This document shows, in pieces, positions 54,074-63,762 of a stretch of 64,000 nt of DNA. Numbering within the stretch: the stretch's first letter is position 1; the number at the start of each line of letters is the position of its first letter. The translations under genes were made by a program, and so were the position numbers. Location of the stretch: sequence record NC_047880.1; one strand, written 5' to 3'. Under the pieces are notes generated by a model, which worked only from the letters and a program-made list of their open reading frames with translations, did no database searches and was not told where the DNA came from.

Positions 54074-55612
54074 ATGGCTATCGAAACTAACACAAATCTG
54101 GTTGGCAAAACTATCGTTCTGTTGGACGGCACTAAAACTAAAATCACTGATGCAATCGCGTCTGGTTATAAAGTGAAAAGCCGCACAGCCCGCGTATCAA
54201 CTCGTTGTGTAGTTAAAGACGGCGCTCACTTCCGTGAAATCGAGCGCATGAACATGAGCCAGTTAGAAGATACAGGCGAAGGTTACGTGAAAGTGAAAGA
54301 CGCGAAAGCGACCAAGTCTGCTAAAACCGCGAAAGCTGAAAAGCCAGCTAAGACCGCGAAGACAACCAAAGCAGATAAGAAACCTGCTAAGCCGTCTAAG
54401 AAAGACGAACCTGCTCCGAAAGTTCGCAGCAAGAAAGAAAAAGAAGCGAAGCAACAAGAAGATTACTTGAGCCTCGCAACTGCGATCATTAAAGGCGGCA
54501 AGAAAGTTGCGCCTGTCGAAATCGAAGCAACCGACGCTGAACTGACAGACGCGATTGCAAAACGTCTGGTCGATGTTCTCGAAAATACCGAAATCGCCCG
54601 TGTAGCTGCTGACAACAAAACGCCGATCGCAAACGCAATCGCAATCACGTACGGCGCTGAGTTCGCCGAAGAAGCTAACGTGCTTCAAATCACGCTGAAC
54701 CTGCAATACGCTAAGCCTGTAGTATCAGCGCCTGAGCCTGAGCTGGATGAAGCTGTTGCTCGTCGTGCTGCTAAACTCGCCGCTAAGAAAGTGGGCAAAG
54801 TGCTGGCGAAAGCGATCAAAACTGCATTCGACCTCGAAGATGCAAACGACCTGCTGCCTGGTACCGTGTTGCTCAAAGCAGAAGAAGAGTTTATCTTCTG
54901 CGGCGAAAGCGCGAAACATGCAGGCAAAGCGCTGCTGTACAAAACAGCCGACGATAAGTTTGCGTCTGTCGCTGCTGATGCTCTGACTGAATACGAAATT
55001 GTTCAGGAAGAAGCTGAGGCCGAAGAAGAGGAAGAGGAAGAGGAAGCTGATGAAGACCTCGATGACTCTGACGCTTATTCATACATCGCCGTTGATAAAG
55101 ACCAGCTCGCACTCGTTAACAAGAAAGTGACTGCTAAGTATCACGCTGCAACCGCTGAACGTTTCGGCGTTAGCGAAGAAGCTCTGGTCCCTGGCCTTGT
55201 CGTTACAGACGGCGACACAACGTTTGCTTATCTGGGCTTCGATAGCAAAGGCGGTATGCTCGTCATTGACAATGAAGCCGAAGATCAAGATGTTCTGTGC
55301 TACTCAAAAGCAGACATTAAATCTCTGGTAGACTTCTCGCCAGTAGTTGGCGAAGCGGACGAAGCTGATTCTGACGACGAAGAAGACCTCGACGACGAAG
55401 AAGAAGCTGCTGATGACGAAGAGGAAGAGGAAGCAGACGACGAAGAAGAAGCTGATGATGACTTCGACTTCGGCTCTGATATCCCGTCAGAAGATCTTGA
55501 AGACCTGACCGCTGATGAACTGCGTGACCGTGTTGTTCACTTAGGTCTGTCTACCCAGAAGAAAGCAGATCGCATGGACGAAGACGAACTCCGCGCACTG
55601 CTGACTGAATAA
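54074..55612 (+). CDS. large protein with Lys/Ala-rich segment and very acidic C-terminal half; paralog of next gene
   Basis: 512 aa, GAGGAG RBS, high-expression codon style. Confidence 0.8.
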   Translation: MAIETNTNLVGKTIVLLDGTKTKITDAIASGYKVKSRTARVSTRCVVKDGAHFREIERMNMSQLEDTGEGYVKVKDAKATKSAKTAKAEKPAKTAKTTKADKKPAKPSKKDEPAPKVRSKKEKEAKQQEDYLSLATAIIKGGKKVAPVEIEATDAELTDAIAKRLVDVLENTEIARVAADNKTPIANAIAITYGAEFAEEANVLQITLNLQYAKPVVSAPEPELDEAVARRAAKLAAKKVGKVLAKAIKTAFDLEDANDLLPGTVLLKAEEEFIFCGESAKHAGKALLYKTADDKFASVAADALTEYEIVQEEAEAEEEEEEEEADEDLDDSDAYSYIAVDKDQLALVNKKVTAKYHAATAERFGVSEEALVPGLVVTDGDTTFAYLGFDSKGGMLVIDNEAEDQDVLCYSKADIKSLVDFSPVVGEADEADSDDEEDLDDEEEAADDEEEEEADDEEEADDDFDFGSDIPSEDLEDLTADELRDRVVHLGLSTQKKADRMDEDELRALLTE

Positions 55613-55637
55613 GCTGTACTCACTGTAAACTGATATG

Positions 55638-55661
55638 ATAGCGGTCTATGAAGGCCGCTAT
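55638..55661 (+). terminator. stem-loop (terminator or leader hairpin after CTGTAAACT at 55623)
   Basis: ATAGCGGTCT-ATGA-AGGCCGCTAT. Confidence 0.5.
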
Positions 55662-55697
55662 ACTTTGACTAATCGCGCTGATTGAGGAATCACAACT

Positions 55698-56933
55698 ATG
55701 TCAACTTCAAACAAAATGTTATTGAACGCCCGTGTACGTCGTCTTGATGGTACTGTTACTCACATCAACAAGATCAACACTAACGGTTATAGCACTGATG
55801 CCAAGGGGCCTCAGATACCTGTTAAGCGTCTCGTTCTTGCAGGCAAATCTTTGAAAGAGATTGAAGCGCCGTTCGCAAAAGACGAGTGCATCATCTCACA
55901 AGGCGTTACAGTCAAACTGAACAAACGCCAGCAACGTGAACTCGCAGATAAAACGCTTGATGAAAAAGCGTTGCGTCCTGACTTCGGTAGCTTGGTGTTT
56001 ATCGACCCTGACACAGGCAAAGCGACTGACGGCAAGAAAGTGAAAGTGAAAGCTGGTGCGAAAGAAAGTCTGAAAGAAACGCGCAAGCATAACAAAGAGC
56101 CGAAAGTTAAGAAAGCAGAGAAAGTTTCTGCCAAGAACGATCTGAAAGATTCACTCGACCTGATTGACGAACGTAAGGCGCCTAAGTCTGCGCTCGTTGA
56201 AATGCTCACTGCTACACTCGAAGGCGATACGACGAAAGAACAGCGTAAGCAATTCGCTGATGCGTTTGGTATCGACTGGAAAGCTGCTAAGAAGCTCGGC
56301 GGCAAGGGTATCGTTAAGCAACTCGGACGTAAAGCTGCGCAAGCTGCTGCTGACAAGCTGAATGCTACTGTGACCTCTGATGCGTTCATTAAGCAGATGC
56401 CTCCTGAGTTGAAGCGTCTGATGCGTGAAGGTTCGCTGACCCTGAACAAAACACAGATTGAGCGTGTACTGTCTGCGCTTGGTCTTGATACGAAGTTCTA
56501 TGCTATCGCAATGCAGAACTTCCTGGGTAATCTGACACTGGCTATCAAGCCTGAAGAAGTGAAGACTACGCAGAAGAAAAAGAAAGCTGCACGTCCGCAG
56601 TATGCGACTGATAAAGACGCGAAGCGCCGTGTAAAGAAGATGACAATAAAGCTGTTGGCGCCTGATGCGAAAGGTATGAAGACTGCTAAGGCTCACCTGA
56701 AACAGGCGAAAGCAATCTTAGCCTCTAAGCTGGGTATCGCTACAAAAGATATTAAACGCGGTCTGATTGTGTATCACAAGAACGGCGTTGATTACATGTT
56801 CGTGGCCTGTGATGTACGCGGTCCGATCTTCATCGACAAAGATGGTGACCCGGCAGTGTATACTTACGCGAACCTGCAAGACACGTTCGACTTCACACTG
56901 ACGCCAACCTCTGAGCTGGACGCCGCTGTATGA
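55698..56933 (+). CDS. Lys-rich basic protein; paralog of preceding gene
   Basis: 411 aa, GAGG RBS; shared LDGT..GY..EIE N-terminal domain. Confidence 0.8.
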   Translation: MSTSNKMLLNARVRRLDGTVTHINKINTNGYSTDAKGPQIPVKRLVLAGKSLKEIEAPFAKDECIISQGVTVKLNKRQQRELADKTLDEKALRPDFGSLVFIDPDTGKATDGKKVKVKAGAKESLKETRKHNKEPKVKKAEKVSAKNDLKDSLDLIDERKAPKSALVEMLTATLEGDTTKEQRKQFADAFGIDWKAAKKLGGKGIVKQLGRKAAQAAADKLNATVTSDAFIKQMPPELKRLMREGSLTLNKTQIERVLSALGLDTKFYAIAMQNFLGNLTLAIKPEEVKTTQKKKKAARPQYATDKDAKRRVKKMTIKLLAPDAKGMKTAKAHLKQAKAILASKLGIATKDIKRGLIVYHKNGVDYMFVACDVRGPIFIDKDGDPAVYTYANLQDTFDFTLTPTSELDAAV

Positions 56934-57319
56934 AAACATCTGAAATAGTTATGACAGGTGTATTTGCTCAACTGTATGCGCGGCTAGTAATGGCCGCCAT
57001 CAATAAAGTTCACATCTACTACATGGACTTAGCGCCTGTAGTGTTCGGTGTGCAATTCAGTAAGATGGATAACTCGCAAGTAGAAGCTGTCTGGCAGATG
57101 CTGCGTATGTCCATGCAAATGGATATGCAACACAATAGACCGCCGCTCGCTGCGCTGTTTGTCAGTCGCGCTTCTGAGTTAAAGAAACCTGGCCGCTCAT
57201 TCTTCAATGAGTATGAGAAGATTACAGGAATTAAGCTCTCCTACGAAGACTGGCAGAAGCTCGTTGAAGAAGTATGGGCGCATTATTCAATGCAAGATTT
57301 CGTTGGAGAGCAATCATGA
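56930..57319 (+). CDS. hypothetical protein
   Basis: 129 aa, ATGA overlap. Confidence 0.65.
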   Translation: MKTSEIVMTGVFAQLYARLVMAAINKVHIYYMDLAPVVFGVQFSKMDNSQVEAVWQMLRMSMQMDMQHNRPPLAALFVSRASELKKPGRSFFNEYEKITGIKLSYEDWQKLVEEVWAHYSMQDFVGEQS

Positions 57320-57795
57320 AAAAGTTAAAAATCAAATCGTCAATCAGTCGCGGTGGTTACAAGCCGAAGTCTGATGACGAAGCCCGCAAGCTGGTAGTTG
57401 AGTTTATTCTCGGTACTATCGGTACTGCACCAACTGTTCTGAGCCAGACGTTAGTTCTGAACGTTGCGAACTACAACTGGCTGACGTCAATACCTGATAC
57501 TGCTAAGCCTACGCAATCGAATCAATCAGTGTTGCATAAAACTGTAAAAGAACTTAATGAGTTCTGTCGATTGAACAAATTTCCACTGGGCTTACTAATT
57601 ATGCCCCACACATCATCGAGTGACTATAGCGGTGATGAAGTGATAGCAATCCCGTGGAAACATGTTGCGGCGAATTCACAAAGTCAGTCCGCTGTTAATT
57701 CGATTTTCGAAACAGTGATCGCTGATGGATATCCGCAGTTCGTAGCCGATGCAAAAACTTTGCACGTAGACGTAGAGGGTAGCGATGTTTTATGA
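57316..57795 (+). CDS. hypothetical protein
   Basis: ATG 57316 after GGAGAG. Confidence 0.65.
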   Translation: MKKLKIKSSISRGGYKPKSDDEARKLVVEFILGTIGTAPTVLSQTLVLNVANYNWLTSIPDTAKPTQSNQSVLHKTVKELNEFCRLNKFPLGLLIMPHTSSSDYSGDEVIAIPWKHVAANSQSQSAVNSIFETVIADGYPQFVADAKTLHVDVEGSDVL

Positions 57796-59065
57796 TCACG
57801 TATTCACGCATGACGAGCGGCAGGCGTTGCTGCTCCTTGCTGAATCATTCTTTCTGGTAAAAACTGAATGTCCCGACTATCTCAAAAAGTCTAAGCACTC
57901 GATTGAGATTCGACACACGATTAATCATCGTGGGAAAGAACGCCGGTCGGGTCACATTGTAACGTCATTCGTTCCGCGTATTCACATGAGCGTTATTCAG
58001 CGTCTTGTTCGTGTGATTCGTGACGACTACGATATCCGCGCAGCACATCACCTGAGCAAGTTGTTTGAACTCGGACTCGGCGTGCCGAAGCAACGTGACA
58101 TTGCACTTTACCTGAGTGACTACTCAAAAGAAGCTGATCCGAAAGGTGTGGGTATGAAGTATATCCGCAAGCTGATTAATGAGTATCACCGCAAGTATCG
58201 TCGCAGCATGGCAGGTAGTCGCTGGATTATGCCAGCCGCGTATACTGCGAACATGATGCACATGCAGTCTTTCATTCACTTGAAAGAGAACGGTTATGCG
58301 AAGCAACTCAAAGTGCCTGATGGAATACCTGTGGTTCTCGTGTACAACAACACGAACCATGAGCGTTCTGAGTTTACTTTGTGTGACGCATTCATGATAA
58401 GCCCGCTGGGCTTCCCTGTACCGTTCGCGCAGATTGCATTACGTCCTGAATTCAAAGCTGTGCCGAAAACGTTTTGCTCGAAAGCACTTCGCGGTCGTGG
58501 TATGTACAGCATGGTGATGGGTGTTGTTCATTGGTCTGATACTGATTCTGTGAAGCACTTCCGCGAACTGATGGAAATTGATGCTGATAGCTATCTGTCA
58601 TTGCTTGATAGTGAACAGTACATGGACCGACGTTCGCCTGAGTATCAAGCGCTGTGCGACAAGCGCGCCGAGTATAACGAACAACGTGTAGAGATGAATG
58701 AAGTCCTCGCTAAGTTCGGAACTACGAAGCGTATTCTTAAACCCGAGCAGCAGGCTAAGTTAGACCGTGCTCTCAAGTTCTTCGCAGACCGTAAAGACTT
58801 CCTCAAGGAGTTTGATCAGTTTGAGAAGAAAGAACAGCACAAGGCAGCGAAGCAATTCGCAGTAGCCAGTGCGCAGTTCGCAGCAATTGACTGTGGTACT
58901 ATCATGGACCGCACAACGTATATGGCGGTCAGTACGACACTCGATAAAGTTCACCACATTCTTGGGAAGTGGGGATTTACTACTGTCGATACTGTTAATG
59001 CTAGTTTGAAACACTCACTCATGACTTACGGCGAATCAAAAGCAACTCGTCGCTGGTCACTATAA
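57785..59065 (+). CDS. hypothetical protein with one Sel1-like repeat
   Basis: AAHHLSKLFELGLGVPKQRDIALY; 426 aa. Confidence 0.7.
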   Translation: MFYDHVFTHDERQALLLLAESFFLVKTECPDYLKKSKHSIEIRHTINHRGKERRSGHIVTSFVPRIHMSVIQRLVRVIRDDYDIRAAHHLSKLFELGLGVPKQRDIALYLSDYSKEADPKGVGMKYIRKLINEYHRKYRRSMAGSRWIMPAAYTANMMHMQSFIHLKENGYAKQLKVPDGIPVVLVYNNTNHERSEFTLCDAFMISPLGFPVPFAQIALRPEFKAVPKTFCSKALRGRGMYSMVMGVVHWSDTDSVKHFRELMEIDADSYLSLLDSEQYMDRRSPEYQALCDKRAEYNEQRVEMNEVLAKFGTTKRILKPEQQAKLDRALKFFADRKDFLKEFDQFEKKEQHKAAKQFAVASAQFAAIDCGTIMDRTTYMAVSTTLDKVHHILGKWGFTTVDTVNASLKHSLMTYGESKATRRWSL

Positions 59066-59087
59066 CCTTTATCTGAGGAGATATGTA

Positions 59088-62000
59088 ATGTCTGATAACA
59101 ACGAAAACTTGGGCGCATCAAGCCGCTTCGGCACAGAGTTACAACAACAAGTGACGAACGAACAACGTCGCGCTAACTCTGCTGAAAGTGGTACCGTACA
59201 TCGCAGCACTATCGTGGTGCTGACTACCCTGAACTCGAACGAAAAATATTCGTACATGTCTGCCGACGAGCAACTGCACGAAAAGCCTATCATCGGTAAA
59301 ATCATCGACCGTCTGCCTGCGCTGATCGAACGTGCATCAGGTCCGTCTGCTGATAAGAACAGCGCGTACTATCTGCTGCATCCGAACAACGGTGTACCGA
59401 CCAGCATTGATGAACGTGTTAAGTTCGGCGACTCATTTGCTGCTATCGTTTCATATACTGTAAATAAAGCAGTATCAGAGATGCACGGTACGCTGTCGCT
59501 TGCGCTGTTTGCTGCTGTGGATTCTTCTGACTTGTCAGACTTAGCTGCTGAGTTCGGTATCCACGCAATCGCAATCGTGCCTGCTGATAATAGCGGTGTG
59601 TTCATCAAAGCACTGACTGAACAACTCGAAGCGCTGCAATCTGTAAACGTACTGAGCATTGACGACACTGATGGTACTCTGGACCGCGAAGTGATCGACT
59701 ACGCTGCTCTGCCCGGCAATCCAGTAACTGTGGTATCTGGTGCTGTGCGTACTTTCATTACGCAATCTATCGGTGGCGAAGTCATCGCTGCAATCCCAAA
59801 TAACGGAGAGTTCAACGTGAAACAAAACACAATCAATCCTGCGCCAGTCGATCTTGAAGAAGACTTCGATAATGAAGACGAAGTTGAAGATCAGCAGGAA
59901 GACGGTGAAGAAAGTCCTGCGTCTGGTGCCGAGCTGTTCGGCTTCAAGTCAGAAACCCTGACCACTGAACAGATGACCGAAGCTCTGGAAGCTGTCGGTT
60001 ATGATTGTACCGAATTCGCAGAAGATGAACTGCGTGTATCGTTCGAAACCGAACAGGCGTTGTATCTGTCTAAAGAAGACGCTGCGGAAGAAGAGTCTGA
60101 TGAAGAAGAATCAGACGACGAAGAAGAAGCGGAAGAAGAATTCGATCCGTGCGCTTCTCTCGCTCAACTGCTGGCTGAAGAATCTTTCGACCGTCGCGCT
60201 CTGAAAGTCCTGGTACTGTCACAAGAACTGAAAGTGTTCAAGTCTGACACCGAAGAAACTCTGGTAGCGAAGCTGCTGGAAAACGTCGAAGATGCAACGC
60301 AGCAAGAGCTGTTTGAGCTGGTATCAACGTTCGTTGAACTGCTGGGTGAACGTGAAATCGAATGCCCTGCGCTGACTGCCGCGATCTCGTCTGACGACGA
60401 AGACACATCAGGTGATGATTCTGACGACGAAGAAGAGTCAGAAGAAGAGGAAGACGAAGATGAAGATGAAGAATCAGAAGATGATTCCGAAGAAGCGCCT
60501 GTCTCTGACCTGACCTCTGTAACTGATCCGCTCGACTACTTCCAGTTTGCTGGTGGTGAACTCGAACATCATCATCGTCTGGCCGCTGTTGAAGCGATGG
60601 GCGAAAACGTTGAAGGCCTGAACATCATTCAGGTAATGAAAGCGTTCAACCGCATTCAGCAACAAACCAACGCAATCGAAATCACCGGCCTGTCCGTCAA
60701 CGCCGATGTAGACGATGCAGAAGACGCGGGTCTGGAAGATCAGATTCGTGCGATTCTCGAAGCGAACGAAAGCGGTGATGACGACGACACTGCAATCGAA
60801 GATCTGTGGACGCTGCTTGATTGTGCATCTGATGATCAAGACGCTACCATGATTGACGATATCGTTGCGTCTGGTACCGAAGAGCGTCACGCTACCGCTC
60901 TGCAATCTGCTGCTGAAACCTACGGCGTGGACATTTCTGAAATGTCTTACGAAGAAGGTCTGCTAGCATTCCTGGCCGAGTTCTTCTCTGAGGGTGATGC
61001 AGAAGAAGAATCCGAAGAAGAGTCGGACGATGAAGAAGCGGAAGAAGTTGATGACCGTGAAGGTTACGAAGCTGACACTGCTGAAAACGCATCGAGCCTG
61101 CTGTTCCTGAAAGATATCGACAAGTCAAACCCAATCGGTCCGATGCTGTCTGTTGATATGGCGCAAGCGCTGATCATCAACTTCACGCTGACTGATGGCC
61201 GCACTTACACTGATATCGAAGCTGAACTGAACGATGTTAACGATGTTAACTATCGCATTCCGTTCAACGTAGGCGCTGCTGATAAAGCTGCCGGTTCTAT
61301 GCACGTACCTGCCGGTATCATCGTTGATGTTATTCAACGCGCAGGGACCAGCCGCTTCTTAGCTGATCCGAAAACGTTCGACGTTGGTTCATGGGCTGAA
61401 AGTCTGGAACAAACTCTCGACGCTGAGATTCAGAACTCTATCTACGAAGGCCGCATTCCTGATGGCGCTGACCCGCAGGAAGCTGGTGTTGTAGTCGGTG
61501 ACTTCATCGACGAAGACGAGCTGGAAGAAGCTGCCGAGCTGGGTATTGACCCAAGTCAGTTTGACGAAATGGGTACTGGTGATCATCTGCCGATTGCAAG
61601 CCTGTACAACGCACACACTCGCGTCCGTCCGGTTAACGATGGTGATAACTACATCGTCGCTCACACCACTGTGTTGAACGTTGCACTGCCGGGCTTCTGG
61701 GGAGCTGAGTCTGCTGAGATTGTTGGCCGCATGATTCAAGCTGCTGTCAATCGCGTTATCAGTAGCATCGCAGATCGCACCGACGTTAAAGTCTACGCTG
61801 CGTTCACTCTGGAAGCTGCTGCTCTGCTGAACAATAGCAACCTGTTCGCTGCTATGTCTGTGTTGCGTGACATGGAGCGTGTACAAGCGTACTCTGCGGC
61901 TGACGCCGCTGCGTTCACCGAAACTGATGACGTGATCGAAACTGCATCTGCTCTGGATGATCGTGACCTGCCGTTCACTGTCCTGACTTCTGGCATTGCA

Positions 62001-62105
62001 CAAGCAACGTTCGAAAACGGCGGTGACCTGACTGTTCTGGTGCCATGCTTCGAAGAAGAAGCTGAGTACGAAGACGAAGCCGAAGACGACGGCGACGACG
62101 AATAA
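59088..62105 (+). CDS. very large, extremely acidic protein (1005 aa)
   Basis: GAGGAG RBS; E/D tracts throughout; high-expression codon style. Confidence 0.85.
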   Translation: MSDNNENLGASSRFGTELQQQVTNEQRRANSAESGTVHRSTIVVLTTLNSNEKYSYMSADEQLHEKPIIGKIIDRLPALIERASGPSADKNSAYYLLHPNNGVPTSIDERVKFGDSFAAIVSYTVNKAVSEMHGTLSLALFAAVDSSDLSDLAAEFGIHAIAIVPADNSGVFIKALTEQLEALQSVNVLSIDDTDGTLDREVIDYAALPGNPVTVVSGAVRTFITQSIGGEVIAAIPNNGEFNVKQNTINPAPVDLEEDFDNEDEVEDQQEDGEESPASGAELFGFKSETLTTEQMTEALEAVGYDCTEFAEDELRVSFETEQALYLSKEDAAEEESDEEESDDEEEAEEEFDPCASLAQLLAEESFDRRALKVLVLSQELKVFKSDTEETLVAKLLENVEDATQQELFELVSTFVELLGEREIECPALTAAISSDDEDTSGDDSDDEEESEEEEDEDEDEESEDDSEEAPVSDLTSVTDPLDYFQFAGGELEHHHRLAAVEAMGENVEGLNIIQVMKAFNRIQQQTNAIEITGLSVNADVDDAEDAGLEDQIRAILEANESGDDDDTAIEDLWTLLDCASDDQDATMIDDIVASGTEERHATALQSAAETYGVDISEMSYEEGLLAFLAEFFSEGDAEEESEEESDDEEAEEVDDREGYEADTAENASSLLFLKDIDKSNPIGPMLSVDMAQALIINFTLTDGRTYTDIEAELNDVNDVNYRIPFNVGAADKAAGSMHVPAGIIVDVIQRAGTSRFLADPKTFDVGSWAESLEQTLDAEIQNSIYEGRIPDGADPQEAGVVVGDFIDEDELEEAAELGIDPSQFDEMGTGDHLPIASLYNAHTRVRPVNDGDNYIVAHTTVLNVALPGFWGAESAEIVGRMIQAAVNRVISSIADRTDVKVYAAFTLEAAALLNNSNLFAAMSVLRDMERVQAYSAADAAAFTETDDVIETASALDDRDLPFTVLTSGIAQATFENGGDLTVLVPCFEEEAEYEDEAEDDGDDE

Positions 62106-62117
62106 GCACAAGCCTGC

Positions 62118-62144
62118 AAGCGGCTCTTCGGGGCCGCTTCTCTT
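62118..62144 (+). terminator. probable rho-independent terminator
   Basis: AAGCGGCTC-TTC-GGGCCGCTT then CTCTTT. Confidence 0.6.
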
Positions 62145-62160
62145 TGAAGGAAATGTGTAA

Positions 62161-63009
62161 ATGTCAGAAGCAAAGCAAGACAGTATTGACCACGGTGCAA
62201 AGCTCGCTGAATTGATTGGCAAGCAAAGCGCAGACTACGACAAGCTGCATTACAGCTATGTTGAAGTACGTGGCAAGAACATGGACTTGGAAGAAGAACT
62301 CGCCGAGTCCACCCGCCGTGAAACGAAGCTGCGCCTCGAAGCACGTAACACGCAGCGTCTTAACCGCGACCATGCGATTCGCCTCGAACGTATCATCGAG
62401 CAAGAACGTGGTGATAAGGTTGATGCGCAAAACGAAAATGCTCGTCTGCTTGTTCAGATCGATAAGCTGAATGAAACTGTAAAACAGAAGCATGTAGAGC
62501 AAGCGTCTGTTGTTCTGCAAATGATAATGTCAGAATCTGTCAGGCAGTTCGGTAATGTTGTTCAAGCTGTCTCGCACATGTTCGTCAATCGTCGTAAGTC
62601 AAAAGCCGACGCAGCCATGCAATCAACATTGCTGATGGACTATGTGACTAAACAGCCTTCACTGTATCGCACTGTTGCGCAGTATTACAACTCAATCAAT
62701 CTGCCTGTACCAACCGCAGCCGCGTTGAAGTTGCAAATGATTGAGCACGTTAAACAGAACGCGCATCTGTATCTCAAAGACCCTGATATTCAAGCCTATC
62801 GTGAAGCATTGATTATCATGGTTACGCAACCGACTTCGCAAGTTAATCGCAGCCGCGTTATGACCAGTGTGCGTGATGGTTTCGACTACATCAATGTTTT
62901 CGATGCTGGGTTCGACGTAGCTATTCTGTCGGACAATACTTCGTGGGCAGCAACACTGTCTGACTCGCTGTTAGATATTTCGGGTCATCTTATCAGCGCG
63001 AATTTTTAA
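62161..63009 (+). CDS. coiled-coil hypothetical protein
   Basis: 282 aa, heptad-like charged N-terminal half, AAGGA RBS. Confidence 0.7.
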   Translation: MSEAKQDSIDHGAKLAELIGKQSADYDKLHYSYVEVRGKNMDLEEELAESTRRETKLRLEARNTQRLNRDHAIRLERIIEQERGDKVDAQNENARLLVQIDKLNETVKQKHVEQASVVLQMIMSESVRQFGNVVQAVSHMFVNRRKSKADAAMQSTLLMDYVTKQPSLYRTVAQYYNSINLPVPTAAALKLQMIEHVKQNAHLYLKDPDIQAYREALIIMVTQPTSQVNRSRVMTSVRDGFDYINVFDAGFDVAILSDNTSWAATLSDSLLDISGHLISANF

Positions 63010-63035
63010 TCTGTAAAAAATATTCGTAAAGTAAT

Positions 63036-63054
63036 CTGTAAACACTAATTGAAG
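63036..63054 (+). promoter_or_regulatory. CTGTAAACA motif with downstream TAATTGAAG
   Basis: Second copy of the motif at 63011; same architecture at 63763. Confidence 0.55.
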
Positions 63055-63104
63055 TTCACACTGAGCAACTCGCTCAACCGCATAAATCTGGAGCATTAAA
63101 GAAA

Positions 63105-63665
63105 ATGGCAAAAGCTACTAAAGGTACTAATCTGGTTCCGACCATTGTTTCCCGTATCGCAAAGAAAGCTGGTTCTATCGGAACTACCAAAGTTAAGCCA
63201 ACTGATCTGCCGCACGACATTCTGATTGAAAGCGTTCACGCTTCTGAAATCGTCGGTTTCATCACAGACCGTTCTGCTACCAGCGTAACGATTCGTCACA
63301 AACGTGGCCACGGTTCTTCTGCTCAAATCGTTTCTACTTTCGGTCCTGGTCAACTGCTGACTGTTCTGGGTGAAGCCGGTTCTCACGGTCAAGTCCGTGC
63401 AATCGTGACTGCGCCAGTGTGTGAGCTGAAAGGTTACACTGTTAAATTCGACGGCGCAATCATCATCGCCACCTCAATCGAAACTGGCGAAGTGATTAAC
63501 GTTAACACCAACCTGCCGGGCTACACTGTTCGCGCTACTGTTAACGAAAACGCTGCTGCTAAAAAGTACGGCACTGCTGCGCCAGTTAAAAACAAAAAAG
63601 TTGAAAAGTCTGACAAAGCCGGTAAATCTGCGAAAGCGATTAAAGGCGGCAAAGTAAAAAAGTAA
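63105..63665 (+). CDS. hypothetical protein with Lys-rich termini
   Basis: 186 aa, GGAG RBS, strong high-expression codon bias. Confidence 0.75.
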   Translation: MAKATKGTNLVPTIVSRIAKKAGSIGTTKVKPTDLPHDILIESVHASEIVGFITDRSATSVTIRHKRGHGSSAQIVSTFGPGQLLTVLGEAGSHGQVRAIVTAPVCELKGYTVKFDGAIIIATSIETGEVINVNTNLPGYTVRATVNENAAAKKYGTAAPVKNKKVEKSDKAGKSAKAIKGGKVKK

Positions 63666-63762
63666 CGGCGTCTGACGAAGACTTTTAATAGTCTCTGACG
63701 AATCTGTAAAGAATGATTATGCAGCAACATAAAAAATGTGTTGCTGCCGAATACAAACGAAT

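Noticed and set aside
59458-59466. CTGTAAATA inside the 1005-aa gene (also CTGTAAA near 57542 and 62478)
   Set aside because: Intragenic with no downstream start; may be chance or codon-derived
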